Source: Botryllus schlosseri (lineage: Eukaryota). From it: 64,000 bases of DNA. Made by a program: the position numbers and the translations under genes. The stretch is from assembly GCA_051294905.1 (NCBI GenBank), contig CM119372.1, positions 28,336,001 to 28,400,000 of the forward strand, written 5' to 3'. Of the stretch, positions 51,948 to 64,000 are shown in pieces. Positions within the stretch are counted from its first letter, which is position 1. Every line of letters begins with the position of its first letter. Under the pieces are notes generated by a model. The model did not search any database. It was not told the origin of the DNA and saw nothing but the letters and a program-made list of their open reading frames with translations.

Positions 51948-52323
51948 TACTACTAGTCATTGGTCATAAATGGAATTTAGTTAAGTAGTCAAAGACCATA
52001 GCCTATGTCTAGTCTACATGTACTTAATCAAGTATTCAAGGATTGGGACTTGCAGTCTTTTTTATAATTATTTGTTCGACCCAAACAGCTAAGCTACACT
52101 ACAAATATTTTTAATTTTGTCAAGTGGGAAGTATCGTTGGTCATATTTACATCATAATTTACAATTTTACAAAACCAACCGATGCATTTGCTCTGTCACA
52201 GTATCATGGTATAATTCCTAAAATTGCATCAATTTTGACTGCATCGCGAAAGCGCATATTGCGATTTTCTTCCCCCGTGAAACTGAGTTGTAATTTACAA
52301 GAAATGTCTAATTTTATCTATAT

Positions 52324-53152
52324 CAGGGGTGGGCAACTTCTTGGGCCAAAGGGACACGTGAGATTTACGAACCATTGCGCGGGCAGCCATTCTTAGTCTT
52401 CCGATAGGAGCGAACCGAATTAGGTAACATTGTAAACAAGACTTATATTAATACGCTCTAAAATTGATAACAATACGTCATGCAGCTGTGCAGTACGCAA
52501 CCAGGCCCTGGTCGCGCGAAGCGCGAAATTTTTTTGCAAGTTAATGTCTGAATTATATCAATAAATATGTTGCTAACATACACTGGGGGTCGCATATGTA
52601 TACCACTGGGCTCATTTGGCAAGGACAGGATTATTCGACGTTTAGACAGCAAAATCGACGTTATCAGTGAACATGCCTCTATCATTTTGTGCAAATGTTT
52701 TGTCGACGATCTCGCTGCGAGTGCACAAGCGAAGCCGCATGTTGGACGACCAGTTATCTCCTAATTGCGAATATAGTTAGACTCAATTCTGTGAATAATA
52801 TGCATTTATAATTTTCAGAAGGGGGCTCAAATACTGAATGCAAGAAATCTAGTGACAATGAATCATGCGAAGTACCGAGAAAAATTTCAAGTCAAATAAA
52901 TTTGCTATGAAATATTCTCCTTTATGGTCATATACGAAGATCTGGGATATATGTGGCTGGCCCCTGGATACGTCAATGCGTCAGAACTGTTGTTTTAGTC
53001 CTCATCAAATTTCGCGGTCATGCTAATCAAATTTTGGCTGGCCTTGCAATTTTACGTGATGTCATTAATAATTTCGAGAATTACCACGCAGGCCACACCT
53101 AACCTTCTCGTGTGCCAAATCTAGCCTGCGTGCCACGGGCTGGCCGCACCTG
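52324..53152 (+). mobile_element. hAT MITE family F
   Basis: CAGGGGTGGGCAAC ... GGCCGCACCTG; TSD ATCTATAT / ATCTGTAT (7/8). Confidence 0.82.
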
Positions 53153-55994
53153 ATCTGTATGGTTATTAATAACAGTGATTGGTGGTACATAAAAATTATA
53201 TTGAAAATTCTTTGAAAGCAAATGTTTTCATGATAGAGAAGTTGGAGTCGGAGTCGGAGTCGAAGTCAGGGTCGTTCTTACAAACTCCGACTCCGACTCC
53301 AGTCAGTATTTTCCCCACGACTCCGACTCCGACTCCGACTCCAGCTATTATAGTTTTCACGACTCCGACTCCGACTCCGACTCCATCAAGCGAAAATTAC
53401 CCAGACTCCGACTCCGACTCCACCGACTCCGACTCCGACTCCACAGCCCTGACTGCAACACACGGTAAATTAAGAAATCTCTATCGCTGCGTTCATTCAA
53501 ATCCAGGCGGATTTCCAGCTGATTTATTAATCGCTATTGTACATTTCCTGGAGAATGCAGTGCGACCTGTATTTACTCTCCAATGTATGCATTCAATATC
53601 CTGTAATCGCATACCTCTATGAAACATGAGTATGGCATTGTGACGTGAGGCGTTTCATTTAGGACAGTGTTTTGTCTCATAGGATATGCTCTTACGAGTA
53701 TCTATACTCTTCAGTCTGTAATTTTACGATGTCGCTCCGTGTATTCATGTTAAATTGATTTCAATTCAAAATACCGTTTGGATTTGTTATGCTGTGGTAT
53801 ATAAATTAAATCTGTAACGGATATGATAGGAATCGTGTATAATGTATTAGGATAAACGAAATTGTGACGTTTGCATTCACGAGAGTTTTTTTCGAACATA
53901 TGGGACGATTTCCATTAGGTGGTACAGTATTGTAGGCCTGCATGCGGGATCGCAGATGTCTTATTCACGAATCGTATATAGATTCGTATGGACCAGTGCT
54001 TTTCAACCATTTTGATCACAACTTGAACTTTTTTCGAACTTTTTTCATCCGCACAAACCAAGTAAAAATTGTTATACAAAATGAAAATGAAGATACCAAA
54101 CATGATTTAGTTCGGATGTGCAACAAGTAGGCTACCGGTTTATGCCATGAAGTGTCTCATGAAAAAGACAACTGTTTTCCCCCGTTTTCAACTATAGTGC
54201 ATTTAAAACCCTTTTCGGCCAAATAAGTGCTAGATTTTGTATACAAGAACTTCTAGTGCTTGGATGGTCAGGTCTTTATAAGAACCATCCAGCACTCCTA
54301 TCTAAAATACAGCGTATTTTCCGCGATTGGAAAATACTTGCTTGGAGAAATCGTTTCCAAGAGTATGACACAAATGTTTCGGAGGCTCCATTTCGTCAAA
54401 TGAGTGCAAAACCCACTTGTTTCTTTTAATGCTTATGCATGACGCTTTGGAAAATAAGCTCCAAAACTATCAAAGAACGTAGTCACATTAGAGTTCGTTA
54501 GTTTGTGATACGCTGCTCCAACTTCTGTTCTTTCATTTTCAATTTATCATTTTTTGTTTCGGGGGTATATGAGAAGAGCAAAGAAATTCGCGATACTGTG
54601 TGTTCGGTTCTTTAGCTCAAGCTAACTTGAAATTCCATAGCAGTTCAATATTTCTAAAGCAGTGGTTCTTAAACTGTCTAGATTGCGACTACAATTTGAT
54701 TCTTAGTGGCATCCCGCGACCCAAGCCCCACACATCCAAGAGAATGACATTTTGATATTATAATATTATGCTACAACTTTACGGGCATGTAAGACATAGA
54801 GAACGAGAAGACAACAATTGTACGCAGCACAGATCTACAAAACGTGCCTGACGCATATCAATATCAAATTCGATGGTCATTTAGGGCCAAGGTCATTTTG
54901 GCATCGCACTTTCTCAGTGGTATCTTTCCGAAACTTTACATGTTCACGTGTCCCAACGCAGAAGGGATTGGCCTCGAAATGAATGTGACTCATAGGCCCG
55001 CATTTGCACGTTGCACACCACTATACAAAAGCATCCCAATGGTATTCGATGATGTTCTCCATGGAGATCAGTCGTACAAATCTTATTAGGAATTTAAACA
55101 AATTAATGTAATACTAAGGTCGGCACATTTTCATGATCATGCCACATTTTCTGCGTGTCTTGCTTATTGGCTATAGCAGTGGCTCTAAAAATTAAAAAGG
55201 CTCCCGACCACTGTCATGAACAGACAAAAATATCTTTAATCGGGACTACATCGTTATGCAGCATTTTTGCGGTCGGCGGTCATCGTCATCAGAACACCCA
55301 TTCCGAACCAATGATTTATATCTCTACCTACTATAACTGTTGAGCCGACGACGATTTCGAGGGCTCCGGCCACCCCACATCGCATACGTCGACTATATTG
55401 GGTGCAAATCGTACGTAGGCTCATACTATGTTTTTTCGAAAGTATTTACACCATTACGGCAAAATTATACAACATTTAAAAATAATATTTTTCAAAGAGT
55501 TTTAAAACACCATTTGTTTTGAATGTAACCCAATATAAGAGTGAGGTTGTAAACTTTAATCAACAAATACGTTTGAGTCGTTGTACAAAATTTCGGTAAT
55601 GTGTTCCCGAATATCTAGCTGTTGTGGTTTTGTTGTTTACGTTATCAATGGTGTTTGTCGATTACGATGGTCATTTACACCAGGTCGATATTCCACATTT
55701 TTGATTTCGTAACTATACCGACTTGCAGCACGGCTCATTTCTAAAAATTTTGGAAGTAACCGCTTACGCGATGAGATGGCGAGGAGGAGCCTAGATAAAC
55801 TTCCAACACTGGCTGAAAAGTTTGTTGCTCGGATTGAATAGGAAAGTAGTAGTTCAGTGGTTCTCAACCGTCGGTGCCAGTCCGTGGCAAGTTTTCTGCC
55901 GGTCGGCCAAATTTATGAAAATTTATATTTAATTTTTTGAAGACAAGATGTTGGACGCTTGTCCATTATTATGGAGACATAAGTAGTTATGTAG

Positions 55995-56330
55995 ATCGCT
56001 CGTGATTTGCCTGGGGTTCTTATGGGCCCGCTGGTGAGGTGCCGCGAAACTCGTATTGGTGATGGCACCCTTTTGACCCCCCCTTCCGCTGGTGAGGTGC
56101 CATGTGTTCTTATGGGATCTCTGGTGATGGTACCCTTTCGGGTATAGGCTTCGTCGGTGATGTGCCGTGAAAACTCGTGTTGGTGATGGCACCCTTTCAG
56201 ACCCCCTATCGCTCGTGATGTGCCATTGTTTCTTACGAGATCTCTGGTGATGTGTCATTGGTTCTTATGAGATCTCTGGTGAGGTGCCATGTGTTCTTAT
56301 GGATGCGGTCGTGATTCGCACTTTCAGACA
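55995..56330. repeat. Degenerate ~25-32-bp tandem array (GGTGA(G/T)GTGCC-type units)
   Basis: About 11 units such as CTGGTGAGGTGCCATGTGTTCTTATGGGAT, with partial higher-order repetition. Confidence 0.85.
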
Positions 56331-59300
56331 TCTCTCGCGTGGTGTTGAATATGTACGAGTCACCAACAATAACCGCGCGGACGGAAACGTGGCTTGTTGT
56401 GAGGATTAAGCAGTGCGACCTATATTTCGAATGACCTGCGCGCTGAATTATTTCTCGTCCAGCCGCTACTATCGATTATTACACTATTCCATTCAGTGCG
56501 AAATAGTTTGATCATAAATTATGATATATGATGTCGTAGTTTAGTCGTGTCAAATGACCGATCGTGTTCTCTTTCCTCACTATTGATTGCTACCTGAATA
56601 ATACTTTCGGATTATTAACACCTTCAGCAACAAATAACCGCGCTCGTAAATTAACACTTCAAAAAGTGTAAAATAGATTGCAAATCCCGCGATCGCTAAC
56701 AAGATAATGTCTCGGACATAACCATTTTTAGTGACTTGGTGTTAAAGACATACCGATCACTCACAAGGTAATATTTCGGTAATTAGTTTACCACAGAGCC
56801 GGCGTAGACGGCGATTCGAATACCAACAATAACCGCGTTCACAAACTAACACTTCAAAAATGTGTGAAATAGTTTGCAAAACCCCACAATCGCTGACAAG
56901 ATAATGGCACGGTGAGTGCAACAATGATATATCGTTATTCTTATGGGCGCGGCGGTGATTCGTACTTCCGGGTATAGGCTGCGAGCGACATGTCGTACTT
57001 TCAACAAAAAGGGTGTGAACTAGTTTGCTAAATTTAGGAATCACTCGCAAGGTAATATTTTGGTAATTAGTTTACACCAGAGCCGGTGTAGACGGTGATT
57101 CGAATACCGACAAATTCTCACTTATTTCTGATCCAACCCTAATCCTCTGTGAAGTTGACGCTTATTCAAAAAGGTGTGAAATAATTGTAAAAATCCTACG
57201 TCACTGACACGATAATGCATCAGACATAGCGATCTAGTTATAGTACGGTGTCGGAATCCATTCGTGAGATGTTCTAGAGGTAAATCGAGATAATCCGAAA
57301 CCGAATATTTTGACTTTGGCGTAGTGTGAATTGAAATAGGATTGACAAACATGACTACCAACTTTCCCGCAGTCCCGTTTCGATATTATACACACATTGA
57401 TTTGAAACAAGTAATGTAACATTGCATCTCTATTCACGTCCCGCTTTCCGTTTGTCAAAGAGATATTTTAACATCTTACCATACTCAAAAGAATTATTCA
57501 CAACATTAACAATTGTTAAAAATCTAGTTTTCACTTACTTGATTATATCACTACAACTCATAAATTTGAATTAATTCATCCTGGTTGTATTCGTATGATC
57601 GGTCTTTTTTTTATTCGATTGTAAAGGTCGTTACTATTCTGAAGACAAAGTATTTACTATATCGGTGCATACACGATTCGACTTGAACATATTATATTTT
57701 GAGTATACGACATTTGAATGTCTGAACAATAACTGAGAAATAATTTATCACAATTAAAGTCGTAAAAGATATTTGAATGTCAGCAACTCGGTAAGGTCAT
57801 AGTTACTACCACATTACCTAATTTACCCGACCAACTCGTCATGATCATTCCCGAAATCAACACAAACATGACTACTGACTTGAGTCAACCACAAAACAGC
57901 ATCAAGTTTTAAATCCGCTTGTAGCTTACGGCTTATTTGAATGCGGGTTATGTTTTGTTGTAATTGAGTGTACGGAAATAGTATTACGTCTCGACATCTC
58001 ACCATCTTACCATCAACAAAAGAGTAAAATACACAAACCTTGTCAAGTCAATCCGTTTGTAACTCACCGAACCAAAGCAAAAAGTGTCCATACGAAAAGT
58101 AGACAAGACTACGCAAGTAATCACTACAACCCACAAACATATCAAGTTCGGTTTTAGGCATATACCACCAACTCGTCTTTTTTGTTCAACTGTAAAAGTC
58201 GTTACTATTTTGCAAGACAAAGTAATTACTACTCGATATATTTTGTAAGACAAAAGTAATTTCTACTCGGTGCAGGTGACTTGAGATTAACATAATATAT
58301 TTGAGTATACGACATTTGAAAGTCTGATCAACGTAGTTTCTTACAATCGAACGCAGGTGTTATATCGAAAATTATCGTGATGTAAACATAAGGATTGTCA
58401 CATCGATTTAACATATGAGATTTTGTAATGGTCTATCATGACTTGATTATTAAATTATTCGGGTTAATTAGACCCGGCGTTGTGGTAAAGGTTATTAGGA
58501 CAGCAACAAACTTTTCAGTACCGTTGTTATTAACATATTGAGTTGTAAAACTATGCGTGTCTGAAATGTTCTTGAATGGAAAATTATTCCACCTTGGTAC
58601 ATATCACCCTGCGTATCGCGGATATCAGAAAATATTTTACAAATGTAATTGGCTCCACTAACCAAGACTAAAGATGAAACAACAATTTCCTTTGTTAAAC
58701 AATAACCGGTACAATACTTTATCATCGTAATCAGCAGTGAGAATTGAAACACTTTCGCACATTATCCGGCGTCAAGATATCACACTAGGTGAATTGACAT
58801 ACCGCCGCTTGATTAATACCTAATCCATTCGCACCATTTCACATACTTTGATCATTACAAAAGTAAATTGGAATATGTTTGCTAGATGCATTCAATTCAG
58901 TTACAAATGTCTGTTACACAACAATCGTAATATCGAGGAAGTACTTGCTACACTGTAATTCACTTAACGTGTTTTGTATTGTTGTTCATTTGTAGTATTG
59001 ATTGTTTTTGAACCCCCAAATAATAATTCCCGACATGAAACCAAACCGCCGAAAGTCGTTACCAGCACAACGAAACAATTTGTACGATGTTTGCCAAATG
59101 TATCCTATAGTTAGGTGTACTAGAATTATTTGTCTAACACATACACCGACAATGCAACCGAAAATTTTTCCGTTATCATTCGCTAAAGTAAATGTCATCA
59201 CAATACTCATCAAGCTGTCATCTGTAAATCAAGATTACATCCAACTTGTAACTGTATCGTTTAACTACTGGGTTGCATCAGTTTGCTATTTTTGTCATTT

Positions 59301-61129
59301 AGTGACTGCTGAACATACCAAGCGATACACATTCACTTACGAAATACTGTGTTGATCGTAATTTCCATCATCGTGATAATCAAAGTACATTTGTTTCGAA
59401 TTCATAACAACCGACTACTTTTCTATGACATGATAAATTTTTGACAAGTTATGCTTAGAATATTGGTACATACCGCGAAAAATAATATACCGCTAATATT
59501 GATAGTGTTACCCCATTCATCGGTATTTTTTCCGTTGTCGATTTTCAAACGAGTAAAATTTATTACTTGAGTTGTTCTGCTTACTATATTTAAATGTAAA
59601 CTCGCCCGTCTTTCAACAACAAACAATGATAAAAAAGTATGCAATCAAACACAACAAGTTTTACTGTAGGACACTAATTATTATCCCAAATAACTCATTT
59701 CTTACCGAAGACATATGAAAGATATTCATGGTACACGAAAATATTCGATATTCCATGCTACGAACATACGCAATGATTGGTGACGCTTTCACACTATTTC
59801 GATTTAGTGTATCAAAAACAACAACAACAATTTCCACTCTCTTGACTTATGAAAACAACAGACGAACCTTCATTCAATATTTTGTTTGTGTCAATTAGGT
59901 ACTTTGTATGTTACCCCACAACTCTTACAAAAGTACGAAGTATATTAACATCGCACTAAGTAATTAACTTTACTCGATATTCTCGCATTACGAAACTAAA
60001 GAATGGTTGGTTAGACTCTACAAACTGTTTCGATATCACAAGACCTTTATTGTCTGAATGGGTGTTCATGTATCTTAATAATCAAATAATTCAACACAGA
60101 ACTAGAACTAGTACTAACAGAAACATCACAGAGTTGTTTACACAAAAGTTTGTATGTGTACAGTATGCGAATACCATGTGTAAGTCCAGCGCAATTGTGG
60201 TATCCATCCGAGTTTAGTTAACACAAATTTATTACAACGGAGCCACGTAAACTTTCGTGAAGAAAAGCATACTCACTTCCAGAGGGTTATGTCAATACCA
60301 TAGCAGTAAATCAGCTACTCCAACAAGAAAGTACATATGTTTCTAGCCACGGTCCTTACATCTTTCACATAGATCAATCTACTTTGCTAACGAAAAGTGC
60401 TGAGTCATCACATGATCGCCCTCACAACAAAACAGCTAGTAGATATTATCATTCAAAATATTCCTAACCCTTTACACACCAGTGACAAATCATACAACGA
60501 ATATGTTTTGTGGGTCGAATTGTTGTTCAGTGTCAAGTCTACCTGTTGAAACGTACATTAAAACAACACAGTCACAATTCAATTAAAACCACGAATCTAT
60601 TTTCATTTCGTCACATACAGAAAAATAAATTTTATTCCGCCAAAACATACTTGTAACCAATCGCTTTCATTAAACACACAACACCATAAAAGTATTTACT
60701 TTCTACAACATAGACATTCCGATGTAGTCAAGAAATATTTTTATTAATCAAAATCATCGACTTCTGTTTACGGCGTTAGTGTGTGCATGTCATACATGTG
60801 GGATCCGTATTAAAATGGACACGACACGACTGAATGTAAGGAGATAGAAGTCTATCGCATAGATTTACATGTGCTCTTCGCTACGGTTTCAAAAAACTCA
60901 TCATCTCTTTTGCATTGATCGAGACCGAGCAAGTTAGTTAATGGTCATGATTGTGTTTGTCATATGCGAATGATAGGGTTACTGTCAAATCTACATACAA
61001 CAACCTTCTGGCACTCATAATAGCAATTTCATTCTCTCCCTTCGTAATTGTAGACTCACGACAAGCATATTGTACAGCTCGACAGCTACTTTTAACAACA
61101 CCAACGACACTAAACATACGATACCTACC

Positions 61130-61860
61130 CAAGTAAAATTACCATTTTCACCTGGAGGTCAGTCGTTACCTGAGTAAAAATACCATTATTCTTTGGAGAT
61201 TTATCGTTTAATCAGAGTAACAAAACATTTTCACTTGGGGGTCTATCGTTTCCAAGAGTAACAAACCCCCTTTCCTTTGGAAATCTATTTTTCCCCGGGT
61301 AACAAACCTTTTTCACTTGCAAATATATTTTTCCCCCCGGGTAACAAACCTTTTTTCGCTAGGAAATATATTTTTTCCTTGAGCAACAGATCATTTTCAC
61401 TTGGAAATATATTTTTTCCTTGAGCAACAGACCATTTTTACTTGGAAATATATTTTTTCCCTGAGCAACAAACCTTTTTCACTTGGAAATATATTTTTTC
61501 TCTTGGTAACAAACCTTTTTCACTTGGAAATATATTTTTTCTCTTGGTAACAAACCTTTTTCACTTGGAAATATATTTTTTCTCTTGGTACCAAACCTTT
61601 TTCACTTGGAAATATATTTTTTCTCTGGGTAACAAACCTTTTTCACTTGGAAATATATTTTTTCTCTGGGTAACAAACCTTTTTCACTTGGAAATATATT
61701 TTTTCCCTGAGCAACAAACCATTTTCACTTGGTGGGTCGTCGTTTACCTTAGTAAAAATATCATTTTCCTTTGGAGATCCGGCGTTTACCTAGTGTAACA
61801 ATAAATTTTCTCTTGGTCATCTAGCTTTTCCTAGAGTAACAAAACCATTTTCATTTTGAA
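61130..61860. repeat. ~40-bp minisatellite
   Basis: Core unit GGTAACAAACCTTTTTCACTTGGAAATATATTTTTTCTCTT, ~11 conserved units at 61298-61735 with diverged units on both sides. Confidence 0.93.
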
Positions 61861-62170
61861 ATCTGACAAACGCACCTGACAATTTGGTATTTGTTGTATT
61901 GACGATAGTTTGAAATAGATTACAACGAACAGTGACGGAAACATACACGGACTACCGGTTACAGAGTATACCTCCATCAGGCGTATCACATCAATATCAT
62001 CGGTTAACCACATACAATATACTCTTGTACACAGAAATGTATGTTTCGGAAAATTGGACAATAGGCTTCGATAGTTCTGTGATGTCCGGGTTCGTGCTTT
62101 GGATTTTCCAGAGTCAAAATGTCTGAATAAAACACCTCCTCGACGATGGTTGGTATGTGGATAACGGTGT

Positions 62171-64000
62171 TCGGAAAACGGTTGGATTTATGTCACCAAT
62201 CGCGATGACAATTCCAGGTCGAGTTTTCCCCCGCATGTTTACTATATTGTGTCTTTATTGGTCAATGTATGTCTCGACATTCAGTTTGAAATCGGAAACC
62301 CTGATAAAGTATGTAACCGGATCCGGATATCAACTCTGAATCGCTGAACCAATGAACAATATTCAAAGTAAACATGTTACACCCTGTGTTTCCACGAAAA
62401 TATACCATCCAGACATACGTCGCGCTTGTTTACCCACAACAGTATACGCGTAAATGGAGGTGTGTGACATTGCATGCAATGTGTTGGTATACAAACATCG
62501 GGGAGTAAGCCTTCGATCCACAGACATTATCATAGCCGGTAGTTTTAATGTAGATCGAATGTCATCACACCTGATAACAATGTCATACCAATAAGCCACA
62601 TTGCAATGACTCTGAGTCAATCTGAAGCAGGACATACAGACACCGTTCACTGATTTACTCGATTGTTTTATCGCGTTGTAACATTACAAGATAGTCATGA
62701 CCCTATCTCCGGACAGACGTCCCAGATCAATTGGATACATGGGTCAATATCCATCGTGTTGTCGAGACCGAAGTTTTCTGCTGAGACTGCAGCGTTTCAC
62801 CAATGTGAACTATCGAAGTACGGTGCTCGAAATGATTGTGATCAGTCTTTCAGACACGATGCGAGGATGTCGCTACTCCCACATAACGACTCCAGATAAA
62901 TATCGTGAACAGTGATTCTGAAAATCTCGGACTGATACTGTGATCCAATAAGGTATGTTTCTGTGGAATGAAGACTGCAATCGTACACCACAATAGAACA
63001 CTACCTCGCGATTTCACACACAATCATAAAACACATCATCGTAAGGGTCCAGTTCGTCCGGCAACATTTCGAAACGGTCATCGCCACAAGAGATCGGGTT
63101 GGTCTCGTCGTATCGGTAGCATTTTGACACTGTCATCACCACAAGGCTATTGACGTCGTTTCGGTTGGTCATGTCAATCCGTTTTACAATTTACCGTTTT
63201 TCAACTCCCCGCACCATACTGTTACGACACAGACAAGAAGCGTCGGTGGAAATGATAAAACACGGAAGGCACACTTTGGTGTTATTTGATATGGATTTTA
63301 CACCAGACGAACCTCACATTCGAGCGATGCATTTGAATGGTGATTGTATTATTGATGTCCAAGGAAAAGAAATGTATCGATTTATCGGTTTCGTACATAT
63401 TCAACAAAAACCTGGGTATATGATTGTGCACGGTTCGCATATTTGACTGTGATCACAATATTGGTATGTGCTGTACAGTTCACTTTCACTGTCGTGCGAA
63501 TAACCCATGTTACGGTTCCATGTTTGTGTGTCTGTATGTCCTGCTTCAGATTGACTCAGAGTCATTGCAATGTGGCTTATTGGTATGACATTGTTATCAG
63601 GTGTGATGACATTCGATCTACATTAAAACTACCGGCTATGATAATGTCTGTGGATCGAAGGCTTACTCCCCGATGTTTGTATACCAACACATTGCATGCA
63701 ATGTCACACACCTCCATTTACGCGTATACTGTTGTGGGTAAACAAGCGCGACGTATGTCTGGATGGTATATTTTCGTGGAAACACAGGGTGTAACATGTT
63801 TACTTTGAATATTGTTCATTGGTTCAGCGATTCAGAGTTGATATCCGGATCCGGTTACATACTTTATCAGGGTTTCCGATTTCAAACTGAATGTCGAGAC
63901 ATACATTGACCAATAAAGACACAATATAGTAAACATGCGGGGGAAAACTCGACCTGGAATTGTCATCGCGATTGGTGACATAAATCCAACCGTTTTCCGA
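62171..64000. repeat. Long perfect inverted repeat (arms 62171-62643 and 63528-64000+, 884-bp spacer)
   Basis: Right arm is the reverse complement of the left; the ORF track gives the same peptide on opposite strands; right arm runs to the window end. Confidence 0.95.

Larger units (their letters stand above)
50398..53451. mobile_element. (GACTCC)n hAT MITE family D expanded to 3 kb by two nested insertions
   Basis: TIR CAGGGCTGTGGAGTCGG; perfect TSD ACTGCAAC; GACTCC hexamer arrays at both ends. Confidence 0.92.

Noticed and set aside
50351..53622. GV-rich and TP/DS-rich ORFs (50351-50656, 53179-53622)
   Set aside because: Translations of GACTCC hexamer arrays in MITE ends.
55995..56330. 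Repeat-spacer array
   Set aside because: Intervening parts are themselves repeated and related; it is a degenerate tandem array.
61130..61860. CRISPR-like array
   Set aside because: Units are contiguous with no unique spacers, no cas genes, eukaryotic context; it is a minisatellite.
62363..63808. Duplicated 95-121-aa ORFs as genes
   Set aside because: Identity follows from the inverted repeat; no recognisable domain or other support for coding.

Overview
AT-rich, intron-rich animal genomic DNA; a marine invertebrate such as an ascidian is a guess from style only. The window is dominated by transposable elements and has five main parts. (1) An orphan C-type lectin exon at ~4.3-4.6 kb with an in-frame stop. 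(2) A very young Ty3/Gypsy LTR retrotransposon at 5814-15328 (minus strand; identical 158-bp LTRs, CGTGT target-site duplication, TSD). It has no tRNA-type primer-binding site but a perfect 19-nt fold-back suggesting self-priming, and its integrase is split by a 5.5-kb CCCAG-ended DNA transposon with a 2-bp TSD. (3) A 17-exon minus-strand gene at 40501-20809 (661 aa as I assembled it by hand) encoding a kinesin-like motor domain with degenerate P-loop, switch I and switch II, followed by a long coiled coil. (4) Many hAT, Tc1/mariner-like, P-like and Chapaev3 elements and remnants, often nested, many with readable TSDs. (5) From ~55980 to the end, an ~8-kb island in which I saw no MITEs; it starts with AGTAGT and carries tandem arrays, local duplications and a perfect >=473-bp inverted repeat running off the window, possibly the end of a Polinton-like giant element. 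All calls come from reading the sequence; no searches were run.
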